From the NCBI RefSeq assembly GCF_963506605.1, contig NC_083281.1, positions 36,766,001-36,830,000 of the forward strand: DNA of 64,000 nucleotides. Direction: 5' to 3'. Each line of letters begins with the position of its first letter. The stretch's first letter is position 1. Positions 12,401 to 25,900 of this stretch are shown here, in pieces. The DNA is from Zootoca vivipara (lineage: Eukaryota). Position numbers and translations under genes: made by a program. The notes under the pieces were generated by a model that ran no database searches, was not told the origin of the DNA, and saw only the letters and a list, made by a program, of their open reading frames with translations.

Positions 12401-15400
12401 ACCCCTATCCCCCCCCTGATATTCTGTTCCCAAAATTCCCTGGGAAGAGGAATTGATAGCTGAACCACTCTGAGAACTATAGCTCTGTGGGGAGAATAGG
12501 GGTGCAGATGGGGCCTAACAGTTTTCTGTGTTCATATTTTAAAACATAATCACAGCAAATACTGTTGCACTCTGTTCTTTTGCTTTGGCAACTTAATCTT
12601 GAATATATTTGCAAGCCAGCCTTTCAACCTTCCTGGAATTTTCTCTGTCTCTGTCTCTAAGTGGGCTTCTGGAGTTGGAATCTCCAGTACAGAATTGTCC
12701 ACATTGCAGAAAATTATAATCTCTATAATTTTTGGGTGGTTGGGTGTGTTGTGGGGACAGGGCCCAAAACAGTTAAAGTGGTATGAAATGCATCTCTCTG
12801 TGTGTAGTGCATATATTATTATTAATAAATTCCTATCATGGCATCAATGTGCACAGTGCTTTAGGAAGAACAGGTTAGACAGGTCCCTGTCTTAAGGAGC
12901 TTACAAACAGATGGAAATAAGAGTGGACAAGAGGGAGACATGGCACAGAATTAAGCAGGGGAAGAATGAAGTTATTTTTCTTACGTTGTACTTCGGATTA
13001 GCTGCAAAAGAGTATTGAGCACCAAACAGTTTTAAAAAGTCATCTCAAAAAAAGAACAGGAAGTGGAAGCATTGTCTTTGATTTCTCAGGTAATGATTCC
13101 AGATGTATAAATATCAAAATACCAAGAAGTGGGCTTAGTAATGCAGAGAGGGAGATGCAATCTGTTCTTGAATTATTATTATGAATAACATTGTGTGTGT
13201 GAGGGTGGAGGAAACCCTCTGGAAAGGAACAAACACATTTCCCATGCCTGTATTTTTCAGTTCAGTAAAAGACACACCCACCCCTCATTTACTTATTTTT
13301 AACTACACATATTTATCATAATCAAGGGCCTAATCTATCCACACTGATCTTGGACATGTTGACTGCCTTGCAACAGTTTCGGAAATTGCCTGAGAATTAA
13401 AGGAGCGTGAAGACCTTTCATTGACAAAACTTAGGCTTTGAATACTGGAGGAAGTCTGGGGTATTGCAAAGCCTGGGTCAGACAGGTAATTCCCCAAATA
13501 GAAATGTCACAGAAGACATTTTTGTGATAAAATCTCTGAGATCTTTTCTCTCACCCATAAGAAAAAAAGGTCACTCTTGAGACTTTTCTCTGAATATTCT
13601 CCACTGTATTTTGAATCCAGCTACCATTTCTCTATATCCACTGCCCAATACTGCAGAGTCTGTGACTGTCCAGTTTGTGTCCAGCTCACATCAGACCCAG
13701 ACAGCAGCACCAAAGGTCAGGGATGATGGGAGTTACAGACCAGCAACATGTGGAGGGCCAAAGTTTTTGGATCGGAAGGATGCTAGAACCATTGCATTGT
13801 GGGGGGTGCAAAAAGGCTTGGCAGTGCAGCTGCTGCTATTACAACTTGCAATGGATTGAGAAGGGGGAAAAGCTTTAGGACACAGGTGGAGAACCTGTGG
13901 CTTTCCAGATGTTAACTGGATTCTAACTCCCAGCACCCCTGACTGACCATTGGCCATTCTGCCTAAGATTGCTGGGGTCCCCAGCCCCTGGGGTGTCAGG
14001 AGAAATGGTGCTATTGCCACTGGTATTGGTGAGCCCCACCCCTTTAAAAATGTTGGATAATTTCTCTACCTCGTGGAGAAATAGTGTGAAATGGTCTCCT
14101 CACCTTCTCTTGCCAAAAATAGGGTGGAGAGTTTTGAGAGTCCATTTGCACACATACCTAGTTTCCTATGTATACCCCTGTTTCCCCTATTTCAAAACAT
14201 AGTCATAAATTAAGCCATAGCAGGATTTCTAAGCATTCAGGGAATATAAGACATACTGTAGTGATAGGCACAGCAGCAATGCCGGCTGCGGCAGGAGGAG
14301 GAGGAAAAAAACCAAGACATCCCCTGAAAATATGCCATAGTGGTTTTTTTTGAGGAAAAATAAATATAAGGCTGTTTCTTATTTTCGGAGAAACACATAG
14401 TATCAGGTATCATAGTATCAGTATACAAGGGTTACTCAACTGAAATCAAAAGAGTTCCCTGCCTGTAGCTCAAAGGTGTGCATTTAAGGGTGGGACTGAA
14501 CTGAGCACTCAAATCAGAATCACTCTGCCTCTACAGACAGAGAGGTTGTAAATTACAATGGCTGGTTAACTGCCTTCCAGGCTCAACTTCAGGGTGCATT
14601 GTTTGCAAACACTGGAGTGTTTTATTACCTAAATGCAGACATTAATTTTAAGAATTTATATCCTGTCTCCGTAGACCAAAAACCCAGGCCCTCAAGGTGA
14701 AGTCGGGGAGGGGTTTACAAAAAAAGTAAGCACACAATGGGCAAAATCCAGCCCAAACTTCAGCACGTTTAGGGACCAAACTAGACAGGATGTTAATAGC
14801 TGTGCAGGAGCTAAAAAGACCAGGGACTCATTATGAATTCACTAAATAATCTGTGGTACACTGGCATGCATGTCTACTCAGAAGTAAGTCGCTGTGTTTA
14901 ATGGGGATTACTCCCTTGTCAATGGGTACATGGTTGAATGGCATAGGGTTGGCATGTGGGGGGGGGATGACAACAAGGTTCCTGTGCCTTTAATAGCTGT
15001 ATGGCAGATTAAGCCTTCTCTAGTGTGGAAGTACAATTATTGGTGGGGAGGGGGGTACTTCACCATAGCTATACTCTCTCAAATTTTGTGTTATGCCATG
15101 CCCTCCACAGCAGCCATGTTATGTTTTCCCACACCTCCCCATGCAAGCCATTTTGTAACTGGCACCCACAGCATACTCTCAGAATTCAAAATGTGCCTAC
15201 TGTTCCAGAAAGGCTTACAATTCCTGCTTTACGTTCTGCTTTCAAATTCCTGATACATTGGAGCAAAAATGCCAAAACAACAGCAACAAACCAGTATCTG
15301 CCCACCCTGGGAGTGGGGATTCTCCAAGCATAGGCATTTGTGCATTTTAAAAATTCAAGTTAACTCATAGCACCATCATGACTATAGCAATGAAGCAGAA

Positions 15401-15588
15401 TTTACTGTTGCTGCCCATATACTAAATACATAAGCCTGGCTGCCTCCTGACTATGAAATGTTTTTAAAAATAGGAAGAAAGGATACCTCAGTGACCAACA
15501 TTAGCCCCGGAATACCAATGGTGACTCATTGCCACTATTCTCATCACCTGCTGCTCTCTGGGTAGTCATTTTGCATGCAGGGCGGGGC

Positions 15589-16023
15589 CAGTGCTGGAAT
15601 TACGTATAAGCTAAACAAGCTATAGTTTAGGGCCCCACTCTCTTGGGGGGGCCAAAAAAAATTGAAAGGAAAAAACCCATTGTATGTACATTTCTAAAAT
15701 ATAAGATGAAAAACAAATAAAATAAAACCTACATAGGGCAACAGTGTTTTGTGTTGTGTAGGCTCCTATGATGTAAGTAATTGTATTTCACTATTAATAT
15801 ACTTCTTCCTAATTGTATTTCAGTTCAACAATTACTATGATAAATTACATATTTTGTTATGTGCAGATGGCTTTAGATACCTATTAGGTCCATAATTTAC
15901 CATGTAGCATATATTCAACACAAAAACAGCGACAATTTGTTGTTGACAAAGGACAGCTGGACATATAAAGGGCCCCATTACCTTCAGTAGCTTAGGGCCT
16001 CATCAAACCTAAATCCGGCCCTG
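15589..16023. mobile_element. Non-autonomous hAT-like element
   Basis: Ends cagtgctggaatta / taaatccggccctg with subterminal tagggcc repeats and an AT-rich interior; TSD degenerate. Confidence 0.65.
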
Positions 16024-16596
16024 CCGTGGGGCAGAGCTTTTGCATGTAATGTGCATGGTATTGCGCTAAGAATGAATAAGGGCTTGTAATTATAAGTATT
16101 GCAGCAGGAAAGGAGTGGAAGTTTAACCGTTTCTTCCTCTGCTGCAGTCCCAGCTAACACTCCCAATATGCCATTTGTATTGAGAGAGACACTCCTTTGT
16201 GGGGCAATTAGACCAAAGGGTCAGCACTGTCTGAGATGTGTCAATGTATCTCCAAGCTCTTGGATACAGAAACACTGATATTCTTAATCAGAAAAATCTC
16301 TCAGGGGTGTACATAATGTGTGGCATCTAGCTAACGAGTTCAGTCAGCTCAAGGATTTCCACTTGCACAATTGAACTCCCCCATTTTTCCCCTCCCCGCA
16401 AGGACCCCACATCCTCCCCATATCTACTCTGGAGGGCTGGGGAAAAACCCAGAACAGATTTAGGGGGTGCACTGGGGTGGGGGAGTTACATTGTACAAGC
16501 AGAAATCCTTATGCTGACAGAAAGCATTACTTAGTGCTATCTTGACTATAAGCCCATAAAATTATCCAGAAAACACAGATAATATCTAGGTTAAAG

Positions 16597-16598
<2 letters not shown>

Positions 16599-16641
<43 letters not shown>
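16599..16641. repeat. (TA)n microsatellite
   Basis: Uninterrupted TA run. Confidence 0.95.
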
Positions 16642-16644
<3 letters not shown>

Positions 16645-16949
16645 TAATTATGGATGAAACACAGATAAAATCATCAAAACTTTGAGAAAGGTGTATTCAT
16701 AACTAATCTATATGTCTGGGTAGGCTTGGTGAAATAAAGAAATGCAGCAGGCATTTTGTTAAAAGATAAGATGTATCTTCTAACAATATGATGTTGAAAG
16801 CAGTTGTTGAGGAAGGGGTTTGATCAAAACCATGGTGTGGAGGGATGGAAGCCATCCTTTTACGCTTGCATCAGTTCACCGCTGGGGCTGCGGTTTGTCA
16901 AGGAGAGGAAGACATTTTTCTCCCACAGAGCTAATAGCTCCTGAGGAAG

Positions 16950-17950
16950 CATGTGCAGAAGAAGAGCCTTCTGGATCAGACCAGCAGTAGCCCATCTAGT
17001 CCAGCATCCTGTTCTTACAGACGCCAACCAGATGCCTCTGGGAAGCCCACAAGCAGAACCCCAGTGCAACAGCACTCTCCCCACATGTTCTTCCTAGCAA
17101 CTCACATTCAGAGGCACACACTACCCCTGACAGTGGAGGTCAGTGTTAGTAGCCTTTGAGAGCCATACAGTGGCAAGCAGTCAGTGGACTAGGGGGACTA
17201 GGCTATTTCTCTAAATGCTCCTGGTGAAGCCTTCCGCCACCTTCCCAAAGCCCGCCTGGCTTTGGGAAGGAGGTAGGAGGGCTCCAGCATCCTGTCAGAG
17301 ACTAGGGTTGCCAGACTCAATAGAGGACAGGACTTCTGTGCCTTTAATTGCCCTGCTCTCTTTTGAGTCTGGAAACCTTAAATTAAACCAGCAGACCCTT
17401 TGCTTAGAAATTAAACAAAGGGTCTGCTGGTTTCTCTTTAAGGTTTCCAAACTCAAAAGAGAGCAGGGCAATTAAAGGCACAGAAGTCCTGTCCTCTGTT
17501 GAGTCTGGCAACCCTATCAGAGACCTGCTTCCCAAAGCCTGCCAAGCTTCTGCCCGGCTTAGGGAGAGAAGTGCAATGCTCACACGATTCACCCCACCCC
17601 ACCCCCCATCGCCTTTACAAGTTGGCACCTCTGGCCCTAACTGTTCTCCTTCAAAAAATTCCAACGTACACCAGGGTAGCAATATCCTCTGTGAATTTGG
17701 CACAGTCCTATTTTAAACGCTGCCTTTTGTGGGAACTAATTCCGCAGTTTAACTATGTGTTGTGTGAAGAAGCACTTTCTTTTGCCTGCCCTGAATCTTC
17801 CAACATTCAGCTTCATTGCATGTCCCTATGTTATGAGGGGGAGAAAACTTCTGTCCATCCACTTTTTCCACACATCATTTTATCATGTCCCTTCCTTACT
17901 CACCTTTTTTTTCTAATCTGAAAAGTCCCAAATGTTCTAACCTTTCCTGG
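16950..17950 (-). mobile_element. Old CR1 3' region split by insertions (pieces at about 16950-17165 and 17680-17950)
   Basis: The two pieces join as continuous CR1 3' sequence (...agtagcctttgagagcc | atatcctctgtgaatttg...). Confidence 0.6.
17303..17516. mobile_element. Fold-back hAT MITE (214 bp, almost entirely palindromic)
   Basis: TIR tagggttgccagactcaa / ttgagtctggcaacccta; arms of about 100 bp around the loop cttagaaattaaa; perfect 8-bp TSD tcagagac. Confidence 0.92.
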
Positions 17951-18474
17951 GGCAGCGGCACTGGGGGGAAAGGTTTAGACACCTGCACTGTGGTTCCTCC
18001 ACTGCAGAGGTATGATCACACATCTCCAGCTTTGCACCTACTTTGGCCCTTCAAATCAGGGAGAAACCTGACACAGACTGGCTGTGAAAAAAGTAAAACA
18101 CCCACAGTTACCAGTTGGCCCGTGAATGGGACTTAATCGTTTCATTCAATAAAAAGATTAGGAGATCGTAGCCAGATATACTTCAAATTTGTGCCAATTA
18201 TGCTGAGCTTTATTCGTTGGAAAATAAATTAGATCTGACAGCAGTTTCCCCATATTTAAGCTGCACTTTTCTCTAAAGTGGAGGGCTGACACTTTTGCAA
18301 AAATCCAGTCACTCTGTTCCTAAATTGGGCAGAGGCAAAGATTAAGCATATGGTGCGAAGGAAACTATTTGAGAGACTGACCTTTCCAGCCCCACCGCCG
18401 ATGAACTAAGCGAGTGGACGATTTCAAGGTACTTTAAAAAAAAAAACCCAGCAATTGCAGAAATTGAACAGGAA

Positions 18475-18476
<2 letters not shown>

Positions 18477-18515
<39 letters not shown>
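18477..18515. repeat. (TG)n microsatellite
   Basis: Uninterrupted TG run. Confidence 0.95.
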
Positions 18516-18516
<1 letters not shown>

Positions 18517-19624
18517 TATTTTAGCCTGATGAAAAGATTTGGCATACATTTTCTTTACAATAATCCTGTAAGGTAGTTCAGTGTTGTTATCCCCGTATTA
18601 CAGATGTCAGGTTGAAGCCACCTAGCCAGTTTATGGGAGAGGCAAGTTTTGAGCTGGAGGCCTCTCCAATTTACAGCTCAGCCTCTCCGCCACTGTGCTA
18701 CACTCACTCTGATCTGGAAAGACCAGACAAAGTCTTTTTTGTAACTTTGGAAAATCCAGTAGAAAAGCATTAGGGGGAAGAGGGGCCTGTGTGGGTGCCA
18801 GCTTAATGCTTTTTCACTGTATACTTGGTGGGAGGTAAACTGGCTGTGGGTTCTGAAAACCTCCACTGGCAGTCAGGTTTTGATTTGAATACCCATGGGA
18901 TTGTTGTAGTAGCTAACATCTTGAAGGAGAAACATCAGCCTGGAAAGATGTGGCTAAAGCACCTACTAGTGGCCAAAAACTAAAACATCGCATAGGATTG
19001 ATTTCTGGCGGATAATATTTATTAACCCTACAGAGTCTGGATAAATGTGCCCTTCTCCCCAAAATTCTGACAGCTTAACAACATTTTTTTTGTAATTAAG
19101 ATTAAAATAAGAGGCACACTCCATTCTTACAATAGAAAAGGTTTACCTGTAGAGTGTGTGTTTTCCACCCTTAGTGGTGGACACCTATTATGTTCCTGGA
19201 GTAGAATCATAGAATTTTAGAGCAGGAAAGGGATCTTCTGCATCATTTAGTCTACACACACACACCCATACTTCATGAAGAATCTAATGGAAGATTCTTT
19301 CAATGGAAAGGATAGTTCTGCTAGTGTGATCAGAGTGGCTCATTTTTTTTTATTGCTTAGATCCTAGCCTACATCCGTAGAGGATGTCCTAGGGCAAATG
19401 AGGCACTGCCCGACCAACCTCAGTCTGCTCTCAGTCAGCCCTCATCTGCCTGTCTTCCCTCCTATAAGCTGTCATCTTCTGTCCACTCCTTAGTCACACT
19501 TCTGCGCTTGTAGAACTCAGCAAGGAAGCAGATGGGGACCATCTACTGTTGGGGTTCCCTGTCTTCCCTCTCATTCCCAATGGGCACCAGCCCACCAACC
19601 ACTGCCCTTCATAGGCTCCTTCCC

Positions 19625-19760
19625 GCTTTGAGCCTCACAACAACCCTCTGAGGTAGGTTAGGCTGGGAGAGAATGACTGGCTTGAGGTGGGGATTTGAGT
19701 ACCCGGGTCTCCCCGGTCCTAATCCAGCACTCTCGTCGCTGTGCATCCTGGCTCTCGGGA
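19625..19760 (-). mobile_element. MIR-like/core SINE remnant
   Basis: cctcacaacaaccctctgaggtaggttaggctgggagaga...gggatttga...cccgggtctcc; a related remnant lies at about 18550-18705. Confidence 0.55.
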
Positions 19761-21966
19761 TGCCACAGTTTCTGAACGATCTAAAGTCGGTGCCCTGAAC
19801 CAGTTTGGACGTTTGTGGTGTAGATTCTGAAACGTCCAAGTTTGGGGTGGGGGGGGGGCACATCTCACGCATAACAGCAACTGCAGATAATACCTCCTGA
19901 TTTTAAATCCCCATTTATAAGAGCAACTTGAGCCATTTTTAAAGCAAGGGTTGGTTTTTTTTTCCCCTCCAAGGAGACAAGTAAATACACAAACACAGAG
20001 AATTCCTGAGCAGAGTCTGTGGATCGCTTACAGTCGATTCCTTCGCTGGATGTTCATTCATTGCCTGGAGAAAGCTCTCCAGTTAGTTTTGCCTTTTTAA
20101 ACATATTCAGTCGCGGTGGAAACGGTCAAATCTCTGAAACAAAGAAAACAGTAACCTCGGCAGAAGTAGCCAAGAGATTCCAAACACAAACCTCGAGCTT
20201 TTCACCTAAAAAGGGAAGGATTTACAGTCCAAGCCGGAGAACCGCACAAGAGTCAAACTAAGGAACCAGGGGAGAAGAGGGGGTTTCTTTTTCCCTGTTA
20301 CTGTTTTGGATTTTCGCCTCCTAATATCCCTTAAACATTTCCAGGATCTTTTTCCGAGAATGGGCTGGTTTTAGGCTCCTTCTCCCACCCTGTGCACAGC
20401 TGGATCCTAAGCACACTTACTGGCAAGGAAGCCCCACAGACATAAATGGGTTTCCAGATAAATGTGGGACTTTTCCCCCAAGCGTCTATTTCTTGATAAA
20501 ATATAGCCCTGCACTTAGGAGCAAGCCACAACCCAAACTACTACTGAGTAACCATACTAGGATCGGGCAGCTGTTTCTCTCCTCAGACCTCTTTAGGGAG
20601 TAAGCCTACTGAAGTCAGTCGGGTTTACACCGCCGAGTAAACATGCGTGGCCCAAACGCTCCTGAACGCGGGTCAGCGCCATGCCTTTCAGGCGCAATTC
20701 CAGTCAACTGCCAGCACTATCGCAAACCGATCCCTGTATTCATATTTACTCGGAAGTAAATCCTAACGGATTTCAGTGGCAGTGGCTTCCCAGGGTAGTG
20801 TGTCTATATTGGGCTGCGGCTTTAAATTTTGATGCATCCCTTGCGCTGGGAAAGGCTGGATATTAAACTTGAATCCATTGACGTTTTTAAAATGCACGAA
20901 TAAAAACATGCTCATTTCTCAGCTGAATCAGGCGCCTTCTTAAAAAGGCCTCCAAGGAAGGCACAATCGAGTATTTTAAAACTATAAATGTGCGCGCGCT
21001 GTGTGTTATAAAATACACGACGCACCAACTGTCTCTCTGTCCGCGAATTCGTTTCATATTAGATTTTTTTTTATGCACAAGGTATAATCAAGTGCACTGA
21101 AAATCCCTTTCCTCAAATCCTTAAAAAGCAAGGAAGCTCAAACTGGCATGGAGTAAGACCCCCGGGGGTCCTGCCTCGCCGCAGCCGCTCCGTAAATCCC
21201 ACTGCGTTGGGTGAGGCTGCCTTCAGGTACCTGAGACCCGTGACGCCGACTACGCGGAAGCCCGAGGGATTTATTTCTGGATAAACACGCTGAGGATGGC
21301 GTCGTGATACAAACAAATAACGCGGGTCTGTCTAAATACTCGCTGGTGCTGATCCGACTTGAAATTTCCGTATAGGTCTTGTAAAAAACGGCAGAACTGT
21401 AAAAGGAAAATTTACTGTGTTGTTGTTTTGTTTTGCCTTCTAAGAAACACTTTCCCATTAGGCGTGTTTACTCGGGAGTAAGTTCCACTTGGTTCAGTCA
21501 TGAGGTTTACAAAACTGAAGGGCTTTAAAAAGAAAACCAAGTCAGCGGTGGGATGGAATCGGGTGAAAGACGATGGCCACGATCCAGCCATAGTGAAGCA
21601 CTTTTCAGGCTGTCCTTGATAAACCTTTTTACAGTATCTGGATTCAAAGCGAATCCGACTGAAAAGACAAGAGGATTACTTCGAAGTAAACGTCGGTAGG
21701 ATCGGGTTGTAGATCCCTTCTGTTTCAATAGAAGCTGCGTAAGTGGGGGCAAGTCTCATTTGATGGTCCTGAGATATACTTCCCAGTAAACATGCATAGG
21801 AGCAAAGAAGCAGAGGGTGGCATCTATTCCATCACGCAATCTGACCCTACGCCTCTACTCGAATTTAAGACCTGTTGATTTAAATGGAACCGACTTAACT
21901 CAGCCCAGAAAAGGTCTTAAAAAAGAGCTTCCTTTATTTGGATCTTCATTTTCTATCTACTGCGGG

Positions 21967-22056
21967 CATAGCTGCCAAGTTATCCCTTTTTTTAAGGGAT
22001 TTTCCCTTATGCTGAATAGGCTTCCTCGCGAGAAAAGGGAAAACTTGGCAGCTATG
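21967..22056. mobile_element. 90-bp hAT mini-MITE, copy 1
   Basis: 15-bp TIR catagctgccaagtt / aacttggcagctatg; perfect 8-bp TSD actgcggg. Confidence 0.92.
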
Positions 22057-23050
22057 ACTGCGGGGCGAAGTCAACAAATTAACTCAAATGACGTAAGGGC
22101 AAACTCCTGAAAGTATTTGTACTACCATTCTCCCCAATACATTTTGGCTCCGAGTTGAAGTAAAACCAAAGCCAGAACCAAATTTCCCCACATTAATCGC
22201 GTCCTCTTTTCTTCGTTCTGCCAATGGCAAGATATACAGCACATGAAGACCGCCCCGCCCCCCTTTAGAACGGTCCTGGAGTTCCATTTCATTTTCATAC
22301 CACTCCTTGAGCGAGTAAGCGTTCTCATCCGCCAAATCGTGCTTTGGACCCGGATCCGGTGTCTAATCACTTTAAAACCAGGATTTGTCTCTGGGTGTTT
22401 CTTTTTGTCCCCTATTCTGTAGTCCCGACACAGAAATCCTGAGCATCAACTTGCCTTTTTTAAAAAGAGAAAACATATTTAGAAATCGATACGTTAAATC
22501 AGTTATTATGGCTCGATTTGCAAGCGACCCCAGCCTTCTGTTTTTTTCACTTCAGAGACTAAAATATCCATGGGTCCTTTCAGATGGCCCGTTTCCGCCT
22601 CTGTGTTGATAGTGCATTGTGTGTTTAATAAATAAATGAACATGATGGTGGTGTTGGGGATTAAGATTAAGGTTAGTTAGATATTGCATTGATCCTAATT
22701 TCTTGGAAGAAACCCGTTGGTGCAGCATAAATCAACGGGAGAATTTGCAGCAGAATTCGCTTGGCGAGCTGGAAGAGGGAAGGGGGAGAGTTTGGAGAAA
22801 AGCTGAGGTCCTTGTGGCTAAAAACTAAGCAGCACGGTTGGCTGAAAGAGTTGGTGCAGGGAATCCCAAATGGGGAGGGGCGCTGGTGCTCTCAGGTTCT
22901 GCCCGATTGCTTCTCAGAGGTGGAAGACGATACTGAGAACAGCCAGGATGCCAGACTAGATGGGCCTTTGGTCTGATCCAGCAGGGCTCTCCTTATGTTC
23001 TCGTGTAAAGAAAAGTGAGCTTTCGCTCTTAAGTTGTTGCTTGTTGGCGG

Positions 23051-23140
23051 CATAGCTGCCAAGTTTTCCCTTTTCTCGCGAGGAAGCCTATTCAGCATAA
23101 GGGAAAATCCCTTTAAAAAAGGGATAACTTGGCAGCTATG
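23051..23140. mobile_element. 90-bp hAT mini-MITE, copy 2 (inverted relative to copy 1)
   Basis: Same TIRs; perfect 8-bp TSD gttggcgg; interior is the near-exact reverse complement of 21967-22056. Confidence 0.92.
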
Positions 23141-23156
23141 GTTGGCGGTACCCTGC

Positions 23157-23322
23157 CAGGGCCGGCTCTAAGGCAAGGCTGGGTGGCGCAGGGCGCCAGG
23201 GGGGCGCTGCAGTGGCGCTGCGCCTGCCAGACAGCCGCGGTGGGAAACGGGACGGGGGGGGGGCGCCGAAGCGATCTTCGCACCAGGGCGCCCGGGCGCC
23301 CGATATGCTTAAGACGGCTCTG
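23157..23322. mobile_element. GC-rich hAT MITE, reverse orientation of the 11112/59978 family
   Basis: Ends cagggccggctctaagg / cttaagacggctctg; no matching TSD seen. Confidence 0.7.
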
Positions 23323-23604
23323 CCTGATTCAATAACACCGGTCATCGCTCAAAGGACACTGCTTAACTTTTTCATTCTCCCCCTCTACATCAGTAAAACG
23401 AAGATGACGCCTAAACGGATGCTATGCATATGATTCCCGCCCCCTGTTACTCTTGATACCCTCCCTTCTACAGTATTGTCTTCTCCTCTGTCAAGAAACA
23501 AAAGTCACTGCATATCCCTCGGGGCATGTTACTGTTCTACCATTGCGTAAAGGGCCGCGTAATTGTGTTTCATTGGGTTATCATCGCTCCAGCTGCTGCG
23601 GTGT

Positions 23605-24060
23605 TCCCAGCTGAGTGGTGGTGGAGAGCAGCTTCGTAAGGAGAACGTCCCGGGTCAAGCCCAGGCATCTCCAAATACAGCCTGCAGACATAGCACATAG
23701 ACCCACGTCTGAAATCCTGGACAGAGATGCTGCCAGCCCCGAATAGGCACGACTGAGCTGTATGAGGCCAATGGTCTGACTCGGTGTAAAGCAGCTTCCG
23801 AATGGAGAGGCTTTGCAGACAGTTTGCGGGAAACGGTCTCTGCAAGCTCAGTGCCAAAGCGCATCCTTTTTGCTTGCGAAAGGGCTTCAAGTTCAGTTTT
23901 TAACCAGAGCTTCTGCCAGTCAGAAGAGGCGCTACTGAGCTGGATGGCAGCTTCCTATGGAAAAGGTTTGCAGGCTCTCTATGGGCTGCGGTTCAGTGGT
24001 TAGAGCACGCGCTTTGTTCGAGAAAAGTTCCAAGTTGAGCCCCCAAGCATTTCTAGGCGA
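23605..24060 (+). mobile_element. Three head-to-tail degenerate tRNA-derived SINE (Squam3-like) remnants
   Basis: Three tRNA-like heads (agctgagtgg, agctcagtg, ggttcagtggttagagc); the first two end in gcagcttcc. Confidence 0.55.
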
Positions 24061-24661
24061 CGCGGGCAATTGTTAGGGAGCCAGATCAGAAATGGACCGC
24101 GTGGCTCTAGAAAGGGACCAGTGGCCAGGCTTGTGGCTGTTGTTCTCCTTATTCGCTATCCTAAAGTGGGGTGAAAGCTCACTTGCAGGGCTCTAAAAGG
24201 GGAGAAGACAACGGCAGAGGAGCCAAAATCTCTCAACGGCAGCTATTGGCTAGGACAGTTACAAAGAGAACCTCCATGCTTAATATAGCACTGGAGGGAG
24301 GGGCTGTAGCCCTGTGGGCTTCCTGGCCGGCGCGTGTGAGAGACTGAACATAGGGGTGAACACGACGTGGATCTAACCAGATTATTCTTATGAAGACACA
24401 CACACACGTTAGAAAGGCTTGGGTTCTGAAGTGGCTATAAATTAGGCTTTGAGGATGGCCACTGAGAAACCCGCTACACTGATGTTCTCTCCTGCCTTGT
24501 GGTATACTGTATTTATAATTTTCCATTTCTTAACACCCAAGGCCAGCATTTCCCATCCCCAGACCGCTGCCGGTGGAGATCACACGCTCCGGGGTGGGTG
24601 AATGCAGCCTCCGAAAGTGCCCCGCCCTCCATCGGATTTGGCAGTATGCGGTTGCCTTGTA

Positions 24662-24662
<1 letters not shown>

Positions 24663-24712
<50 letters not shown>

Positions 24713-24731
24713 ATTAATATTATTATTATTA
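24663..24731. repeat. (TTA)n microsatellite
   Basis: Visible TTA array. Confidence 0.95.
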
Positions 24732-25599
24732 CTACTTTCCTTAAAGGTGGGTGAGAAATGCAACTAGGCTCTCAACTCCTCCCCCACCGCCCGGTTGTAA
24801 AGATGTTTATTTTAGGTTAAGAGTCAGTTCCGTGGGTTTCCAGCCCCCCCCCCAGGCCCCTCGCCCCCGGTCAAGGACTCACCGGCTTCTTGTCGGTGGA
24901 AGGCAGGGACACTTGCTTGCAGAGAGCAATGCGGTGAAGTTAAAGTTGCAGGTCTGAAGCCTTGGAGAGGAAAACAGAAGAATAAACCACGTTAAAACCC
25001 TAATGGTCACACGATGCAATCTCGGGCGCACTTACTCGGGTGTAAACCCAATTTAACTCAGTGGGCTAACATCTTAGTTAAGTAAACAGGTTGAAGGCTG
25101 TGCATTAAATCGAATTAGCTGGATTTAATTTGTATTTGGAAGATCAGTGCAGAATACAAGAGCCTGACAGGTTCTAGACTGAGGTCGCCGCGATACTATA
25201 TGCATTTATTTGCATATTAAACACGGTGTAATTCTCTGAGGTGAAGGCACACAATTCGATTTTTATTGACGAATCCCATGCAGTCCGTCCGGGATTCTTC
25301 CCAAGTAAGTGTGTATAAGATTTCAGCTATATTTGGAACGGACATTCTCAGCAACCAGACGTCTCGAATAGGACTTTGAGCAACTCTGGAGGTTTTGTTT
25401 TGTTTCTTAGGGTGGGCTGACCCATTCATCGCCTACCTAAAATTAGTTACCAACCCTTTGAATTACATCGCCTTAAATTCTTTTGGTTTTCCTTTTTATT
25501 CGGTCTGAAAAATCAGATCACCTTTGAGGCTGCAAATAATATAAAAGAAATCACATTTGTCTCGACCGTCATAATAAAGTTTGGGGGGGGGGGCGGAAT

Positions 25600-25900
25600 C
25601 CAAACAAACCGAGACCGAGTCCCCACGTGTTCTCTTCTTTTGAAAAGAGAGCAGGCGGGGTTACCGTGCGAGCGGCGTGGCTTCACCAGGGCCCTCCTCC
25701 TTCCTGCCGCGCCCTCTTCCTCTGTCATTTTCTCAGGCTTTGCCTTCCCCCGGTTTTATGATTGGCTGTCCCCGCTGCCATTCCACCACGCTTCGTCACT
25801 CCCCATCCCGCGCCAACCTCTGAGTAAATAAAGTAAAAAACCCCGCTGTAACCGCTGACAGTTTTTGACTGGTTTCAGAAGCGCAAAGAGGAGTTTGGAA
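25600..25900 (+). promoter_or_regulatory. Probable RUNX3 P2 core promoter
   Basis: TATA-less, CpG-rich region upstream of the GC-rich leader. E-box CACGTG at 25624-25629, ETS-like cttcctg at about 25700, inverted CCAAT box (tgATTGGctg, 25761-25765), CRE half-site cgtca at about 25794. The exact TSS cannot be determined from sequence. Confidence 0.6.

Noticed and set aside
23981-24050. tRNA-like sequence (also 38455-38515 and the Sauria SINE heads)
   Set aside because: Degenerate SINE heads followed by SINE bodies; no intact cloverleaf.
24499-24763. Poly-Tyr/Asn/Leu ORFs (also 34473-34803)
   Set aside because: Translations of (TTA)n/(AAT)n microsatellites.
1-25600. RUNX3 P1 exon (MASNSIF...)
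   Set aside because: No matching coding sequence found by eye; presumed upstream of the window.
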